From a virus (taxonomy: Duplodnaviria; Caudoviricetes), in IMG/VR virus record IMGVR_UViG_2548876794_000003, positions 114,961 to 178,960 of that record: a stretch of 64,000 bases of DNA, one strand, 5' to 3'. The notes under the pieces are model-generated. The model was given only the letters and a program-made list of their open reading frames with translations. It was not told the origin of the DNA and made no database searches. This document shows, one piece after another, positions 9,301-19,733 of this stretch. How positions within the stretch are numbered: the stretch's first letter is position 1; the number at the start of each line of letters is the position of its first letter. The translations under genes and the position numbers were made by a program.

Positions 9301-11188
9301 ACTTAAAAAATCCAACATTGAAAGTATTGACTATATTATGGTCAACGGTTCAAAAGTAAGCAGCGCCTTATACACATTACTTAACAAAGAAGGCATTATC
9401 TGCTGGAATGATGAATCACTATATGGTAAGACAATCGACATTCGCTACCGCTTCAAAGTCCCAATGTCGTTGCGTGTACTGAGCCTTGACTACCTGTACG
9501 AAAAAGTAGGGTACAAGGTTGACACACTTGAACACACAGGGACGTTTGTATTCGATAACGTAGGAACATACGTCGAGCTGTCAGATAGCGAGTACAGTTC
9601 AATAAGTGAAGCGGACAGCTACACAATCGAAGTGAACAATGAGAACTATCGTGCAACAATCATCGGGAAGATGTTGATATTCCAACTAATCAATGATGAC
9701 GATGCGATCCTTGTTAATAGTGGCTATTACTATCGAGGAGGAAACGAGTATTATCATTTTGCGCAACCATTCGAAGCTGACACTACTGGAGCGAACGGCA
9801 TCAAAATTGAAAACGGCATGAAGTACGCAGGGCAATTAAAGCTATCACAGGAATCAGAGAATTTTATGCCAAACTCTAGCATGTTCCTAAATAAAATAGA
9901 AACGGTTTCTCATATTGATTTTGTAAATGAATACAATGTGAATGAAACAAGCGGAGCGAAGACGTACACAGCTTGCGACCACGCAGCATTTTGGAATACT
10001 TACAACATGAGCACAGGACTTGTAGATAGCTACAACGGCTATGGCTTAAACTTTACGAGCAATGATGAAGCAGGATATGCGATGCTACAGCTGAATAAAT
10101 TGTTCCTAGAAAAACGTGGTGTCGTTAGCTTGTATGCGTCACAACAGCCTTTCATTGCAGTTGGGTACCAAAACGCAAACGGCGATAACCTAAATGACAG
10201 CTTTGCGCCAGTCAAGAAAGTTCCAATGATTGAGCATACGAAGAACTTATGGGAGCTTGATGTTACAACTTACTTAGTAAAAGGGCAAAGCATTTTCCTT
10301 TATATCAATCAAGCAATGACAGTAGACGATATTGTTACTGGCGTGAACATCACAGAGGATATGCATACAACAAATGTTGAGCGCTATGGCATAGGTTTTT
10401 CATTCCGTCGCTCAAAAGATGAAGTCATTACGATTCCATTGGCACAGGAAGATCTGTTGTACAAAGGATGCGAATTCTATAAAGGAGCTATCCGACAGGA
10501 GTCATCGCTTAATTGGGGCTATACAAACATTAAGAAGTTTGCAGAGAACTGGAACGATGTGAGCTATACAGGAATGGAGTTATACAAACAAAATGCCATT
10601 GTTAATAGAACAAACAGCGGTACGTTTGAAACGAAAGCTGCAACCATCCCTCGATTAAAATACGTCAGCGAGTTGTTGATCTACGTCGAAGAGTTGAAAA
10701 ATAATCCAGACATTGAGATCAGCGTACTTACTTCGAAAACATCGAATGGCACTTACCGCACAGTGAATGTTTCAAAAATCGGCAACGGTGTCATCGTGCT
10801 AGAAGCTGGCGCACTAGATGCCTATGTGAAAATTGCAGCCACTATTGTAGGCGAAGCACACATTAAAGCAATCGACATTTACGTGGCTTACAATTCATAC
10901 GATGGCAATATGAGTTTGACGTATAACACAAATAGTAACTTCACGACGAAGATATATGACTTAGGAAGCGTTGTAGACTTCAAGGTGAAGAATGAATTAA
11001 CAGCGGAAGATGCTCGTCTATACGTTCGTGGTATTCGGATGGACGGTCGAAATTTCGTTCCGACAAAATGGTATGACATCGCAGAAGAACATGAATTTGT
11101 GCAATATAAATTCTTGCAATTTAAACTAATGCTCGAAACAGAAGATGCCTACGCAAAAATTAATAACTTTACAGTGGAGGTGCAGTGA
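6347..11188 (+). CDS. Very large baseplate wedge / tail-fibre attachment protein (~1610 aa)
   Basis: IDEFAMISSIDRFDNESNEELLNRV wedge motif near the N-terminus; beta-rich remainder; start moved to the ATG after AGGAG. Confidence 0.55.
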   Translation: MLDKKQLYENAIMHFPRRSDIRKRKTSNGAKLLRSILEEADDFNQAIEELRASFFAINYKGKADELLLNLSMFPVGSVADDIQMDGFTQALDENHFMNDAQTFIVEDGFCYLHRQNTLFVSYRANGDTYTAQLKDMTYWNIIDEFAMISSIDRFDNESNEELLNRVFLSYRNVTNSSAIGLKNAIINAVSNHVEIIPDDIVIEPMNEQNLHTYFDEIELIENLSFINKDVLRQKVWGRSKWEHPFAGIENVPSEWDVVMPAVQDGVGDIRATYAKDISDSLFKRAVVNTYNKSEAMISNYMLSNNIDVDINLGLTKLSNRLNSKKVSYKVSAEKVTDVSNDVIRLNNEYSGRSVGHLQDIVANLTDYRANITSNNLLEAGHDYRVTVEAEGDYDALKVEQLELLNSDGSKRSYLQPNAGFKKDSDGNYIPDNILKRINSTEDMYNVQNFVTTLDGIELEDTANKGHAEISIEGASNKYLIIKESCQMVSFTGNNALLKAEGFTLTNGMLTSRNESDRITIEMTCRNMQFAVSSGRINYDLYVNGENVASESNITTDDVKYSFDKPTKIKMVIRPVGTQSTILSNFMYNNYELSMSVDGASLYHNNTFGHIIYEADPGAKLILDMSCKTGFSPVIEYIHIGGIVKGKKYVVSNIIPKEDSLLLLKADGAITVEDLTDGRVIGHESDMVLALRNNGATPMNVKLNIANYTDFSIENYTINRIFTAGVENYYLSLQPGASISSFITNGTYKKSVYEKTIKDVLNTQNVYVSSYQNGFFDGISGHEVKLVRDMFSDAPTFNSCEIISKSNVRYNFMATANSSISVETTYFKQDFVQIGCVAIAGEQHICYNTQRVLSSITENIQVARLFYPELEASQLYCFYIETSTSGAKVTFMDTNIGTSYIGEYVKIELDNFASDESNYIKESVVVRRNAVLSNVMYLDRTFVKEGKEIDLAEYMISPPQGLEVVYANGTEQASESFYAEQDGFNKLKKSNIESIDYIMVNGSKVSSALYTLLNKEGIICWNDESLYGKTIDIRYRFKVPMSLRVLSLDYLYEKVGYKVDTLEHTGTFVFDNVGTYVELSDSEYSSISEADSYTIEVNNENYRATIIGKMLIFQLINDDDAILVNSGYYYRGGNEYYHFAQPFEADTTGANGIKIENGMKYAGQLKLSQESENFMPNSSMFLNKIETVSHIDFVNEYNVNETSGAKTYTACDHAAFWNTYNMSTGLVDSYNGYGLNFTSNDEAGYAMLQLNKLFLEKRGVVSLYASQQPFIAVGYQNANGDNLNDSFAPVKKVPMIEHTKNLWELDVTTYLVKGQSIFLYINQAMTVDDIVTGVNITEDMHTTNVERYGIGFSFRRSKDEVITIPLAQEDLLYKGCEFYKGAIRQESSLNWGYTNIKKFAENWNDVSYTGMELYKQNAIVNRTNSGTFETKAATIPRLKYVSELLIYVEELKNNPDIEISVLTSKTSNGTYRTVNVSKIGNGVIVLEAGALDAYVKIAATIVGEAHIKAIDIYVAYNSYDGNMSLTYNTNSNFTTKIYDLGSVVDFKVKNELTAEDARLYVRGIRMDGRNFVPTKWYDIAEEHEFVQYKFLQFKLMLETEDAYAKINNFTVEVQ

Positions 11189-11189
11189 G

Positions 11190-12983
11190 ATGCTAATGGA
11201 TTATAACCGAACAATCAATGACAACGGCGCATATTTTTATGAGCCAGATTTCCTCGTGAACAATGCAGTATTTTACAATGCTACGAAGGTGACGATTAAA
11301 TTAGATTATTTAAATCAAGGATTTGGAGTATTGGTTTCAAAAGGTGGATTCCAACATGCGTCGCTTATGGAGGACAGTTATGGCATATTCCTTGTAGAAG
11401 ATGCTATCGAATTGGTTCGTTACATTGAAGGCACCCGTACAGTTATCAACAAATATGCGTACCGCTTAACAATGCCTGTTAAAGCGATGACATTAGAAGT
11501 CTACAAGAATGGCGATTATCTGTACGTGATGAATAGCGGGAAAACGATTCTCTATACGAAGCTCGATGAATCTTATACAGCATATGGATTCGGTTTCTAC
11601 TCTAATAGATGGAATACAATTCATTCTATTAACTATCAATCAAATACGCCGCAAGAGTGGGATTTGAATGTACTTAGCTCAAAAGGTGGCAAGATTCAAT
11701 TCTATCAAGATGGCTTCTCTATTGTAGACGCACGAAGCGACGTACAAGTAGAACAAAGCCGCATTCATCTGCCAGCAGGGAAGTATTACTTAACGTATTC
11801 AGAGGTGCCGGTAGAAGGGCAATTTGACATCAAATGTTACGCATATTATAGCGATGATGAAAAGATAAATGCCATAGATAAAAACATACTAAAGGGGAAC
11901 CGATTAGAGCTCTCAGAGGATGCTTATATCAACGTTCATTTTTGTGGCCAATATGGAGCAATTGAACAAATTGCTATCAAAAAATTCCTTGCGTTACCGT
12001 ACGTTGGAACGACTGGAACAAATGAAGCTAAAAGTGGAAGCCTTCTTCAAATCGACTTAGATCAAATCGTTGAATTTGAATTAGAGGGGCGCATTGTTTC
12101 TACGCCAATCACTGATTCAACTGCCGATGATAAATCGTATTACTACGTTAAATACGAAGGCGTTGAATATCGTGAAGCGGAAACACGACTAGGGGAAGAC
12201 TGTCTATTCTCAATGCTACTTAAGCAGGACGAGTTACTATCGAAGAACTTAACAACTGGTAAGCAAGCAACATTGGCCATTGACTACTCTGAACCGCTTC
12301 TGTACTTACTGCATAATCTAGATGCAATCATTAGTCGGTTTGTCGTTCGTTACAAAGATGGAAGAGAGATTGACTACTTGAATGAGGTGACTGACAAGTA
12401 CTATGTACCAAACACCATAACATCTCCTGTGCTTGCAGTGGATGAATACTACGAGCCATTAGACTTATCTAGCTCATATCGAATCATTGAGCATGAAAAT
12501 GGCGCTGAGTATGCGTATACGAATCGAGAGCGTGAATGGTTCACAAATGAAAAAGCCGCGCTTTCGCTTGAAAAATCATTGCGCACTAATAATCCAGATG
12601 TCGTTGTATACGGAATCCCTAATGGAATCAACGTCCATAAAGAAAATATTTATCGAATCAGTGAAGGGGTAGATACGATTGAAAATTTCGCCGCGGAATA
12701 TGACATGATTTCACCGTCTGATTACCAAGTCGACACGAATGGTAGCTTCGTCATCTTAAAAAACGCTGTATCTAAAGCCTATGCTTACTTCGTAGTTGAC
12801 TATTTAAAAGAGCGTTCATACGCAATCAATTACAACAAAGAGCTGCAGTCTTATGAGGTTGATATTTCAAGCTCCACATCGACAAAAATTTTATACGATT
12901 TTGGTGACGACGGTTCAGTGCGCCAGTATATTTCAACTGGTTTTAAGCCGGACGACAATAAATACATCGTGCTATCAATTTAA
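11190..12983 (+). CDS. Putative virion structural protein (beta-sandwich rich)
   Basis: Long ORF in the structural operon; GGAGG RBS before ATG 11190. Confidence 0.5.
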   Translation: MLMDYNRTINDNGAYFYEPDFLVNNAVFYNATKVTIKLDYLNQGFGVLVSKGGFQHASLMEDSYGIFLVEDAIELVRYIEGTRTVINKYAYRLTMPVKAMTLEVYKNGDYLYVMNSGKTILYTKLDESYTAYGFGFYSNRWNTIHSINYQSNTPQEWDLNVLSSKGGKIQFYQDGFSIVDARSDVQVEQSRIHLPAGKYYLTYSEVPVEGQFDIKCYAYYSDDEKINAIDKNILKGNRLELSEDAYINVHFCGQYGAIEQIAIKKFLALPYVGTTGTNEAKSGSLLQIDLDQIVEFELEGRIVSTPITDSTADDKSYYYVKYEGVEYREAETRLGEDCLFSMLLKQDELLSKNLTTGKQATLAIDYSEPLLYLLHNLDAIISRFVVRYKDGREIDYLNEVTDKYYVPNTITSPVLAVDEYYEPLDLSSSYRIIEHENGAEYAYTNREREWFTNEKAALSLEKSLRTNNPDVVVYGIPNGINVHKENIYRISEGVDTIENFAAEYDMISPSDYQVDTNGSFVILKNAVSKAYAYFVVDYLKERSYAINYNKELQSYEVDISSSTSTKILYDFGDDGSVRQYISTGFKPDDNKYIVLSI

Positions 12984-12995
12984 GGAGAGGACACA

Positions 12996-14786
12996 ATGAA
13001 GATCTATCCATCATTTAGCAAAATAGAAGAACGCCAATCCCTTGTGGATGGCGACATCCCAATCGCCTATGTGTCTGTAGAGAATCGTGAAATCAATATG
13101 AACGTTGAGAAAATCACGCAAATCACTGACCAAGGTGACATTACAGAGCCGGTATATCCATATACACCTGTACAAGATACAAACGAATACTTGTTTGATG
13201 AAGCGGGAACGGTTGCTGACAACACGACATTCATTGAAAAAGTGAATGGTGTCAACGTAATAAAAGCAGGTATCGTAAAAGAATTTACACCAGAGCGTTT
13301 TAAAGCTTCTGTCACTGTAAAGAAAAACATGGACTTTGATATTACAAAAGCCGTCAATCTTCGGATTGGCGTAATTGAATCTAGCATGAGTAGCATCGCC
13401 AAAAACCTTGTATCAATAACAGGCGATGGCGGTCGTAGAGGAATGATTCCTGCGAATATGCGAATCAACAACGAAGATACGTCGATTGATTCGTTTTATG
13501 ATTTCAACGAATCCGAACTAGACCTTCTAATTATCGAATCCCACGATGGGGTCCATTATGCAGAAACGAACGAAGTGATCGATTTTGAGCACTTCCTTCA
13601 CCAGCATATTAACGTACTGATTGCTACGAATGAGATGCAGGATATTTTTGAAAAAGTAAGCGCTCAAGAAATATTTGACGACGAAGGGTTTGCACTAGAT
13701 ATGCAAGAGCCATTCAATTACGTGATACAGGAACCATTCTGTTATAAAGAAGAATTCATTACGCTAGATAAAATAACAGGCTATTGGTATATGAATGAAT
13801 TGCTGGCAAAGCTACGCGGCACAAGTAACGACATCTACCAACCACGTTATTTATTCGTAGATAATCAGCCAGTGGGCGCCATTGAAAACGTTGGAAATGC
13901 CTTCCTATTATTCTCTGAAAAAGGCATCTTTGAAGCTGCGCTTGCGAATCGCCAATTCATATCTGAAATGCTTCTATATATTTATTATCGAGGATATAAA
14001 AACATCCAGACAGAAACCAATTGGATTGCAGACGAAACGATTTCGATGCTGTATTCTCCGAAAAATTATTATATGGATAACCAAAGCGTTATCAACATCG
14101 TGAAGCTATTGACGAAAGTGGACCCGTATATTACTGCCTTCACGATCCATGGTGTCGAAACAGATAATAGCAACGTGAAATATCTATCAAGAACGCTTGA
14201 AGGAAACTTGCGTTTTGCTAAGTTATCTCCGACTGATCCAACTAGACAAAAAGGAACCACATCCATTTATACACGCAATGGTAGCATCGTTCACTATAAA
14301 GAAAAGTTGTACCGTCGTGAAACGAGCTACAACTATCGCGTACAAGAAATGGCGTCAACTTATGAAGTAACAGTAGATGCGATTAAATCGAGCAAATACT
14401 CATTAGATACGATGGCACAAGTAGCAAACGTACCTAAGCAAAACGGAACATACCTCATTTGTGCGAAACCAATGATAAAAGAGTTATTTATTTTAAGACA
14501 GGCAGATTTTTCTGATGACTATATTCCATTGCTGCGATTGGACGTCGTGGAAAAGAACACAAGAAAACTGTTCGATGCTTTTGTTCCCGGCGGTGGTTTA
14601 CCTGTGCAATATGATGATGATTACAACTATCTTGATATTGCGAGTATCGAAGGACGACCGTATCGCATTAGCTCAGGCGTTGTGATAAAATTGCCCCGTC
14701 AATTGGAAGAGTACGACAAAGAGATTCGTTCGGAGATTGAAAAGCATCAATCATCGGGCGAAATCATCAAAATAAAATACGAGTAG
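12996..14786 (+). CDS. Putative baseplate/structural protein
   Basis: 596-aa ORF with AAGGAGAGG RBS; C-terminal GGGLP...DI..GRPY motif; operon context. Confidence 0.5.
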   Translation: MKIYPSFSKIEERQSLVDGDIPIAYVSVENREINMNVEKITQITDQGDITEPVYPYTPVQDTNEYLFDEAGTVADNTTFIEKVNGVNVIKAGIVKEFTPERFKASVTVKKNMDFDITKAVNLRIGVIESSMSSIAKNLVSITGDGGRRGMIPANMRINNEDTSIDSFYDFNESELDLLIIESHDGVHYAETNEVIDFEHFLHQHINVLIATNEMQDIFEKVSAQEIFDDEGFALDMQEPFNYVIQEPFCYKEEFITLDKITGYWYMNELLAKLRGTSNDIYQPRYLFVDNQPVGAIENVGNAFLLFSEKGIFEAALANRQFISEMLLYIYYRGYKNIQTETNWIADETISMLYSPKNYYMDNQSVINIVKLLTKVDPYITAFTIHGVETDNSNVKYLSRTLEGNLRFAKLSPTDPTRQKGTTSIYTRNGSIVHYKEKLYRRETSYNYRVQEMASTYEVTVDAIKSSKYSLDTMAQVANVPKQNGTYLICAKPMIKELFILRQADFSDDYIPLLRLDVVEKNTRKLFDAFVPGGGLPVQYDDDYNYLDIASIEGRPYRISSGVVIKLPRQLEEYDKEIRSEIEKHQSSGEIIKIKYE

Positions 14787-14796
14787 GTGAAGAAAG

Positions 14797-16773
14797 ATGA
14801 CAAAAATGACTCTTGTTGATTTTGCGAAAAGTATTCGCTCAAACGACATTATGTCCAACTTCTATGAATTAGAAGGGCAACTACAACAAGAACGTGTTCG
14901 CGTTGGCGGATTCGGCATCATTGACGGTTTTAAGGTAACTGTTAATGACTATACACTACATATTCCAGCAGGGAAAATTGTCACACGAGAAGGTGACGTA
15001 CAGGAAGTCAAAGGCACGACATTACAAATACCTTTCATTCTTCCAAAGGAAATTACATATAAAGACTCCATTGACAGTGACACATATATTGTAGGTGAAG
15101 ATGGTACCATCACACTTGCTTACGCACCGTATTCATTAAAGAATCGTGGTTACTTAACAGGCAGCTATTATAGCAGTGCCTATCCTAATTCTGAGGAAGA
15201 ACTTCTAATCACGATTAGTGATACAAGAAATACACGAATCCAAGCAACAAATATTGATAAGAACATCTTAACGTTGGACAAACGATATGCTGGCAAAAAG
15301 GTAAATGTACAATACTTAAGAGCGAACAATCGTACTGACATTGTGACCGTTACAAAAGATGGCCAGTTTAAAATTGTTGAATCTGTTAACTCAACGTCAA
15401 GCTCTATCGCTGCGCGTGATGACTACGCTGACCAGTTTGTCGTGTGCTATGTGAAAACAATCGTTGATGATCCAGACCGGTTGGAGGTTTATGCGACGCC
15501 GCCTTATCAAGAGGTTCGTCCCGTATACGTTGATGAAAACAACAAGCTGTATCTAAACGGAATTCCATACGAAGGTACTTTCATTTATTTTGAAGAGCCA
15601 GCTGTACCGCAGCTTCGCACGTTTTGGTACGACGTAGAAAATAATAAACTATATGTATGGTTAAGTATCGAAGGCGTTGAGCAATGGGTGCTGGTAAACG
15701 CTCGTAATGAATCGTTGATTGCTCGCCTTGCTTTTTATAAACCCGAGGACAACCCAGAAGATTTACAAACATTCAATTTTGAGCATCGTGAAGATATGCG
15801 CTTCTTACCAGGCAATTATGAAGTACAAGTGAATGTTAACAATAATGTTCTTATGCAAGATGAATTCACAGAGATTGTTGAGGGTGATGAAACTAACGGT
15901 ACAGGTATTGGAATTAAATTGAACTACGCTTTGGACGAACCTTCTTTCGTTGAAATTATCGTAACGCATACCGTACAAACAAACCCAATTAACACTGTAT
16001 TTGAACGTGTTGGCTCATATGTAGAAGATAACAGTATTACCTATTCCGAAGCCGCACCAGATCTTGATGGAATGAACTTCACGACACGTAAAGAATATCG
16101 AATGGGAGAGAACCAATTGGAAGTATACTTAGACGGTCGTCGCTTAGTACGCAATATTGATTGGTACGAATGCAGAGAAGTAGGCATCGCTGCAGGTACT
16201 TCTGATAAGACCCAACTTAGTACATATTTTAAGCTGCGCAACAAAGCCGAAGATGGCCAGACGATTAGTTACCGCGTACAGCAGAATGTATTTAGCTACT
16301 CTCACTTAGATAAACTGTTAATAGAAATGAAGGAGACAGTCAACGAAGCGTTAGTGAGCGCTAATGCTGCAGTGGAGAAAGCGAATACGATTGCAAAAAA
16401 TGCGAACAACAAAATGTCTGAAATGAATGACAAGATGGAAACGCTCGAAGCAGCGGTTAAACGATTCGATAGTTTCCTTACGGCTGATTCGATTTTAAGC
16501 ATCCGTAATTTAGAAGCGGCTGCTCGCAAAGGATTGAAGAGCAATACATATTTAACATTGGTTGATGTGAAGCCATTGATTAGCATTAAAGACTTGGTGG
16601 CTGGAGATTTCTACATTCTTTCACAAGAAATGAACGGTCAATCGAAAGTGTTAAAACGAGGTGTCGATTATGAAGCTGAGGAAACGAAGGACAGCATCCA
16701 ATTTGCACTATCACAAGAATCAATTCTAATGGGCGGCGTTGTACAAATTACAGGCGTCCACTTTGGATTATAG
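14797..16773 (+). CDS. Putative tail fibre/baseplate protein with a coiled coil
   Basis: GFGIIDGFKV N-terminal fibre-attachment-like motif, YRMGENQLEVYLDGRRL domain, coiled coil around aa 510-560. Confidence 0.5.
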   Translation: MTKMTLVDFAKSIRSNDIMSNFYELEGQLQQERVRVGGFGIIDGFKVTVNDYTLHIPAGKIVTREGDVQEVKGTTLQIPFILPKEITYKDSIDSDTYIVGEDGTITLAYAPYSLKNRGYLTGSYYSSAYPNSEEELLITISDTRNTRIQATNIDKNILTLDKRYAGKKVNVQYLRANNRTDIVTVTKDGQFKIVESVNSTSSSIAARDDYADQFVVCYVKTIVDDPDRLEVYATPPYQEVRPVYVDENNKLYLNGIPYEGTFIYFEEPAVPQLRTFWYDVENNKLYVWLSIEGVEQWVLVNARNESLIARLAFYKPEDNPEDLQTFNFEHREDMRFLPGNYEVQVNVNNNVLMQDEFTEIVEGDETNGTGIGIKLNYALDEPSFVEIIVTHTVQTNPINTVFERVGSYVEDNSITYSEAAPDLDGMNFTTRKEYRMGENQLEVYLDGRRLVRNIDWYECREVGIAAGTSDKTQLSTYFKLRNKAEDGQTISYRVQQNVFSYSHLDKLLIEMKETVNEALVSANAAVEKANTIAKNANNKMSEMNDKMETLEAAVKRFDSFLTADSILSIRNLEAAARKGLKSNTYLTLVDVKPLISIKDLVAGDFYILSQEMNGQSKVLKRGVDYEAEETKDSIQFALSQESILMGGVVQITGVHFGL

Positions 16774-16782
16774 GAGGTACAT

Positions 16783-17202
16783 ATGTCTAAATTAAAATTC
16801 TTCGTATTAGAAGATGATACATACAAAGCAAAATATGAACATAACATGGGGAACTATAGTGGTGATGAACAGCTTGTTACAAAGTTACAACTGTGGAACA
16901 ACCGATATGGCACAGAAGATACGGACATGGTTACTAAGCCGACCATGTACTTCTATTACAAAAATGTAGAAGATAACAACCTGCTTAATTACTACACGTT
17001 AAAGGTAGATGGCCGCGTAGTAGATTTCGTTATTCAGAATAACAAAGCGATCGTCGTCCTCCCACGATTAATCGTAGGCGATGCAAACAACGGCACTGAA
17101 GAAAATACAGGCAATTACGTTTCAATCGAGCTAGTATTCGACGCAGCAAATGAAACATTAAAAAATAACGACTTGAAAGAATTGTATGTTGAAATCCGTT
17201 AA
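16783..17202 (+). CDS. Putative structural protein (WNNR-G motif, distant paralog of 49141..49887)
   Basis: LQLWNNRYG vs MFIWNNRAG; AGGAGG RBS. Confidence 0.5.
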   Translation: MSKLKFFVLEDDTYKAKYEHNMGNYSGDEQLVTKLQLWNNRYGTEDTDMVTKPTMYFYYKNVEDNNLLNYYTLKVDGRVVDFVIQNNKAIVVLPRLIVGDANNGTEENTGNYVSIELVFDAANETLKNNDLKELYVEIR

Positions 17203-17267
17203 ATGAGCCGTCTGTAGCGGTACTGATACTATGTATCACAATACAGACGAAAAGGAGTTGATTATCC

Positions 17268-17567
17268 ATGGTTGTTGTGAAATTCGATGACAATAAAAAG
17301 GATGATAACAAAGGGCTTCCAGCAGTGAACGGTTCTGGAGAAGGTAGTACACCTATCCCACCAGAGCCAACGGAATCGCAAAATACATTGAATGGCTTAT
17401 TACTTCGAGTAAACGGTGAAAACGTTGTAACCACTAAGAAAAAAGAAGTCAACTTCCAAAGTGGCAGCTTAAAACTTGCACAAGATGGAGAAGGCAATAT
17501 CAGCATTGAAGCGGATGTTAATGCATCAGATTTATCATTCGATGTAATTGACGGCGGTACTTGGTAG
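17268..17567 (+). CDS. Hypothetical protein, fibre-like C-terminus (IDGGTW)
   Basis: AAAGGAG RBS; GGTACT motif upstream. Confidence 0.5.
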   Translation: MVVVKFDDNKKDDNKGLPAVNGSGEGSTPIPPEPTESQNTLNGLLLRVNGENVVTTKKKEVNFQSGSLKLAQDGEGNISIEADVNASDLSFDVIDGGTW

Positions 17568-17657
17568 AACTTCTAAAGCACACTGGCCTAAGAAACCAGT
17601 GTGTCTTTGTTCTTGGGTAGAATGCTAAAAATGTTCTACAAAAAAACAAAACGGTAG

Positions 17658-18116
17658 GTGATTAACGTGAGTAACACTGAGAAAACTGGCGCACATTATC
17701 ACTGCGAGATTATGCTGAAAGATCACGAAGGTCGTCTACGAACATTAGAGGAAGACGGTCGTGTAATGAAGCAAGAAATCGAGGACACGAATGTTCGCGT
17801 CGACAAAACAAATGAACGTTTCGACGAAATGAGCCAACGATTCATGCGCTTAGAAAACACAATTATGTCAGAAAATCGCGATACCCGTACGACGATTAAT
17901 AACGTCCTTGATAAACAATGGGAAATTATCAATCAACGTGAAGTCGAGAAAACAAAACAGCGTGAACGAGAAAATACAGCTCGTGACGAAACACGACACT
18001 ATTGGTTCGAAACGCTAACACAAGTGTTTTCAAAAGGCGGTATCGTATTCATTGTTATTATTGTGCTATTAAAAGTGCTGTTTAACGTTGACCTAACAAG
18101 TCTGCTCGGAATGTAA
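17658..18116 (+). CDS. Coiled-coil protein with a C-terminal TM helix (XhlA-like / holin-associated)
   Basis: Heptad coiled coil followed by GGIVFIVIIVLLKVLF; adjacent to a holin-like gene. Confidence 0.5.
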   Translation: MINVSNTEKTGAHYHCEIMLKDHEGRLRTLEEDGRVMKQEIEDTNVRVDKTNERFDEMSQRFMRLENTIMSENRDTRTTINNVLDKQWEIINQREVEKTKQRERENTARDETRHYWFETLTQVFSKGGIVFIVIIVLLKVLFNVDLTSLLGM

Positions 18117-18131
18117 GGAGGCATACATAAT

Positions 18132-18404
18132 ATGAACACTGCAAAAATTCTCTCAACCATCTTAAAACTAGAAGCATATAAGTATGCAGGTCGATTAAAA
18201 AATATTGGCAAAACGAAAGCTATTGCACTGATTGCTTCTATCGTATTGTTAGTAGAAGGCCTAGCTTATGAAAATGGCTTTGATGGACAAATGGTGGGTG
18301 AGCAAGTAAGACATGTACTTGAATTGCTACTAGGTCTGCTTATTGTATTCGGTATTCTAAAGGATGACGATAACGACCATCACACAGGCGCACACGAAGC
18401 ATAA
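18132..18404 (+). CDS. Putative holin
   Basis: 90 aa, two hydrophobic helices, LLGLLIVFGILKD motif and a charged tail. Confidence 0.55.
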   Translation: MNTAKILSTILKLEAYKYAGRLKNIGKTKAIALIASIVLLVEGLAYENGFDGQMVGEQVRHVLELLLGLLIVFGILKDDDNDHHTGAHEA

Positions 18405-18407
18405 CTT

Positions 18408-18433
18408 AAAGCACCCGTTTTTGGGTGCTTTTT
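18408..18433 (+). terminator. Intrinsic terminator
   Basis: AAAGCACCC...GGGTGCTTTTT. Confidence 0.75.
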
Positions 18434-18498
18434 GTGTATAGGTTTACAAATTGAAGGTACTAATCTATTGAAAGTCAAATTACAAGGAGGAATCATAT

Positions 18499-19722
18499 AT
18501 GAATATTCGTGGTGTAAAAAAAGTGAACGAAACAATTATTGAAAATGGACGCTCACTTGTTATCAATGAGGATGAACGCTCATTGGATATGAAACGAATT
18601 CCCGACGGTTCGCTACGTTCTGATCCGCAAACTGGCCAACTTTACTCAAAGCTTGGTGGAAATGATTTCTTCACACCATTAGCATTGCGCATGGACGGCT
18701 CTGTTATGCCGCCAGCAGAAATCACACGCTATGAAGAAACATACACAATCAAACAAAATGATGTAACGACACGCCGCTTCTGGTACGAATTTGAAGGCGA
18801 TACATACGAGGGTGAAATTACAAATCAAGGTTATGAATTCCACTTAAAAAAAGGTTTCTATCGTCGTGGTCGCGGCTATATCCACGCCATCATTAATGGT
18901 GTAAAATACGTGGATGCAGAAGCTAGTGGCGGTTTAATCGAAGCGGATGCAGACTATTTTATTATCAAAAGTGACTTGATGTTAGGTCAATTCCTTGAGG
19001 TAGGTACAACAATCTCCGTTAAGTATTTCCATGCGATTGCTCGTGGCCGTCAGAAATATGGACCAGCACAATTATGGCTAGACCTGTCTGGCGACAAAGA
19101 TAGCGATGAAAATTACTTCAATCTACAAGAAATGTTAGAAGTAGAGAACCATCCAACATTCTTTGTTGATCCAGGTACGAAAGGTGAAGAGATTGCATTA
19201 AATACTGCGCATAGCTTAGGTCATCGTTTAGTCATCGTTGGCGACGAAGGTGAATCATCATCTACAGAGACAATGACATCTCGCTTCAAAGTGACAGAGG
19301 ATGAAACACCTGTATTCGAAGATAATTGTAAAATTGCCATTGTATTAGATGAAGGTCAATTGACACTTCTTGGCGAGGACTATGATGATGAAGTTTCATA
19401 TCCAGCGATTACAGTCGATTACAACGTCACTGTTGTACATGACAATATGCATGTCAACAATGATTACGGCTACATCTATCGCTTACAATCACTTGTTGGT
19501 TACAACGGCAGCGTTAAAATCGACATCTGGGATGTATTCCGTTACGGCAAAGATGCGATGAATTTAAGCGTCGAGGTACGTGTGAAAGATACTGCAGCTG
19601 GTATTACGAAAGGCCGCTTCATTGATGGCGACGCTGTATCTGTTATCGCGCGTGACAGCCGCTTCATTGAAATCTTCAACACATTCGATGTTGATTTAGA
19701 ATTCGATATTTTAATTCGATAG
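18499..19722 (+). CDS. Putative virion structural protein
   Basis: AAGGAGG RBS; GGTACTAAT motif upstream; acidic and beta-rich. Confidence 0.5.
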   Translation: MNIRGVKKVNETIIENGRSLVINEDERSLDMKRIPDGSLRSDPQTGQLYSKLGGNDFFTPLALRMDGSVMPPAEITRYEETYTIKQNDVTTRRFWYEFEGDTYEGEITNQGYEFHLKKGFYRRGRGYIHAIINGVKYVDAEASGGLIEADADYFIIKSDLMLGQFLEVGTTISVKYFHAIARGRQKYGPAQLWLDLSGDKDSDENYFNLQEMLEVENHPTFFVDPGTKGEEIALNTAHSLGHRLVIVGDEGESSSTETMTSRFKVTEDETPVFEDNCKIAIVLDEGQLTLLGEDYDDEVSYPAITVDYNVTVVHDNMHVNNDYGYIYRLQSLVGYNGSVKIDIWDVFRYGKDAMNLSVEVRVKDTAAGITKGRFIDGDAVSVIARDSRFIEIFNTFDVDLEFDILIR

Positions 19723-19733
19723 GAGGGAATTCC

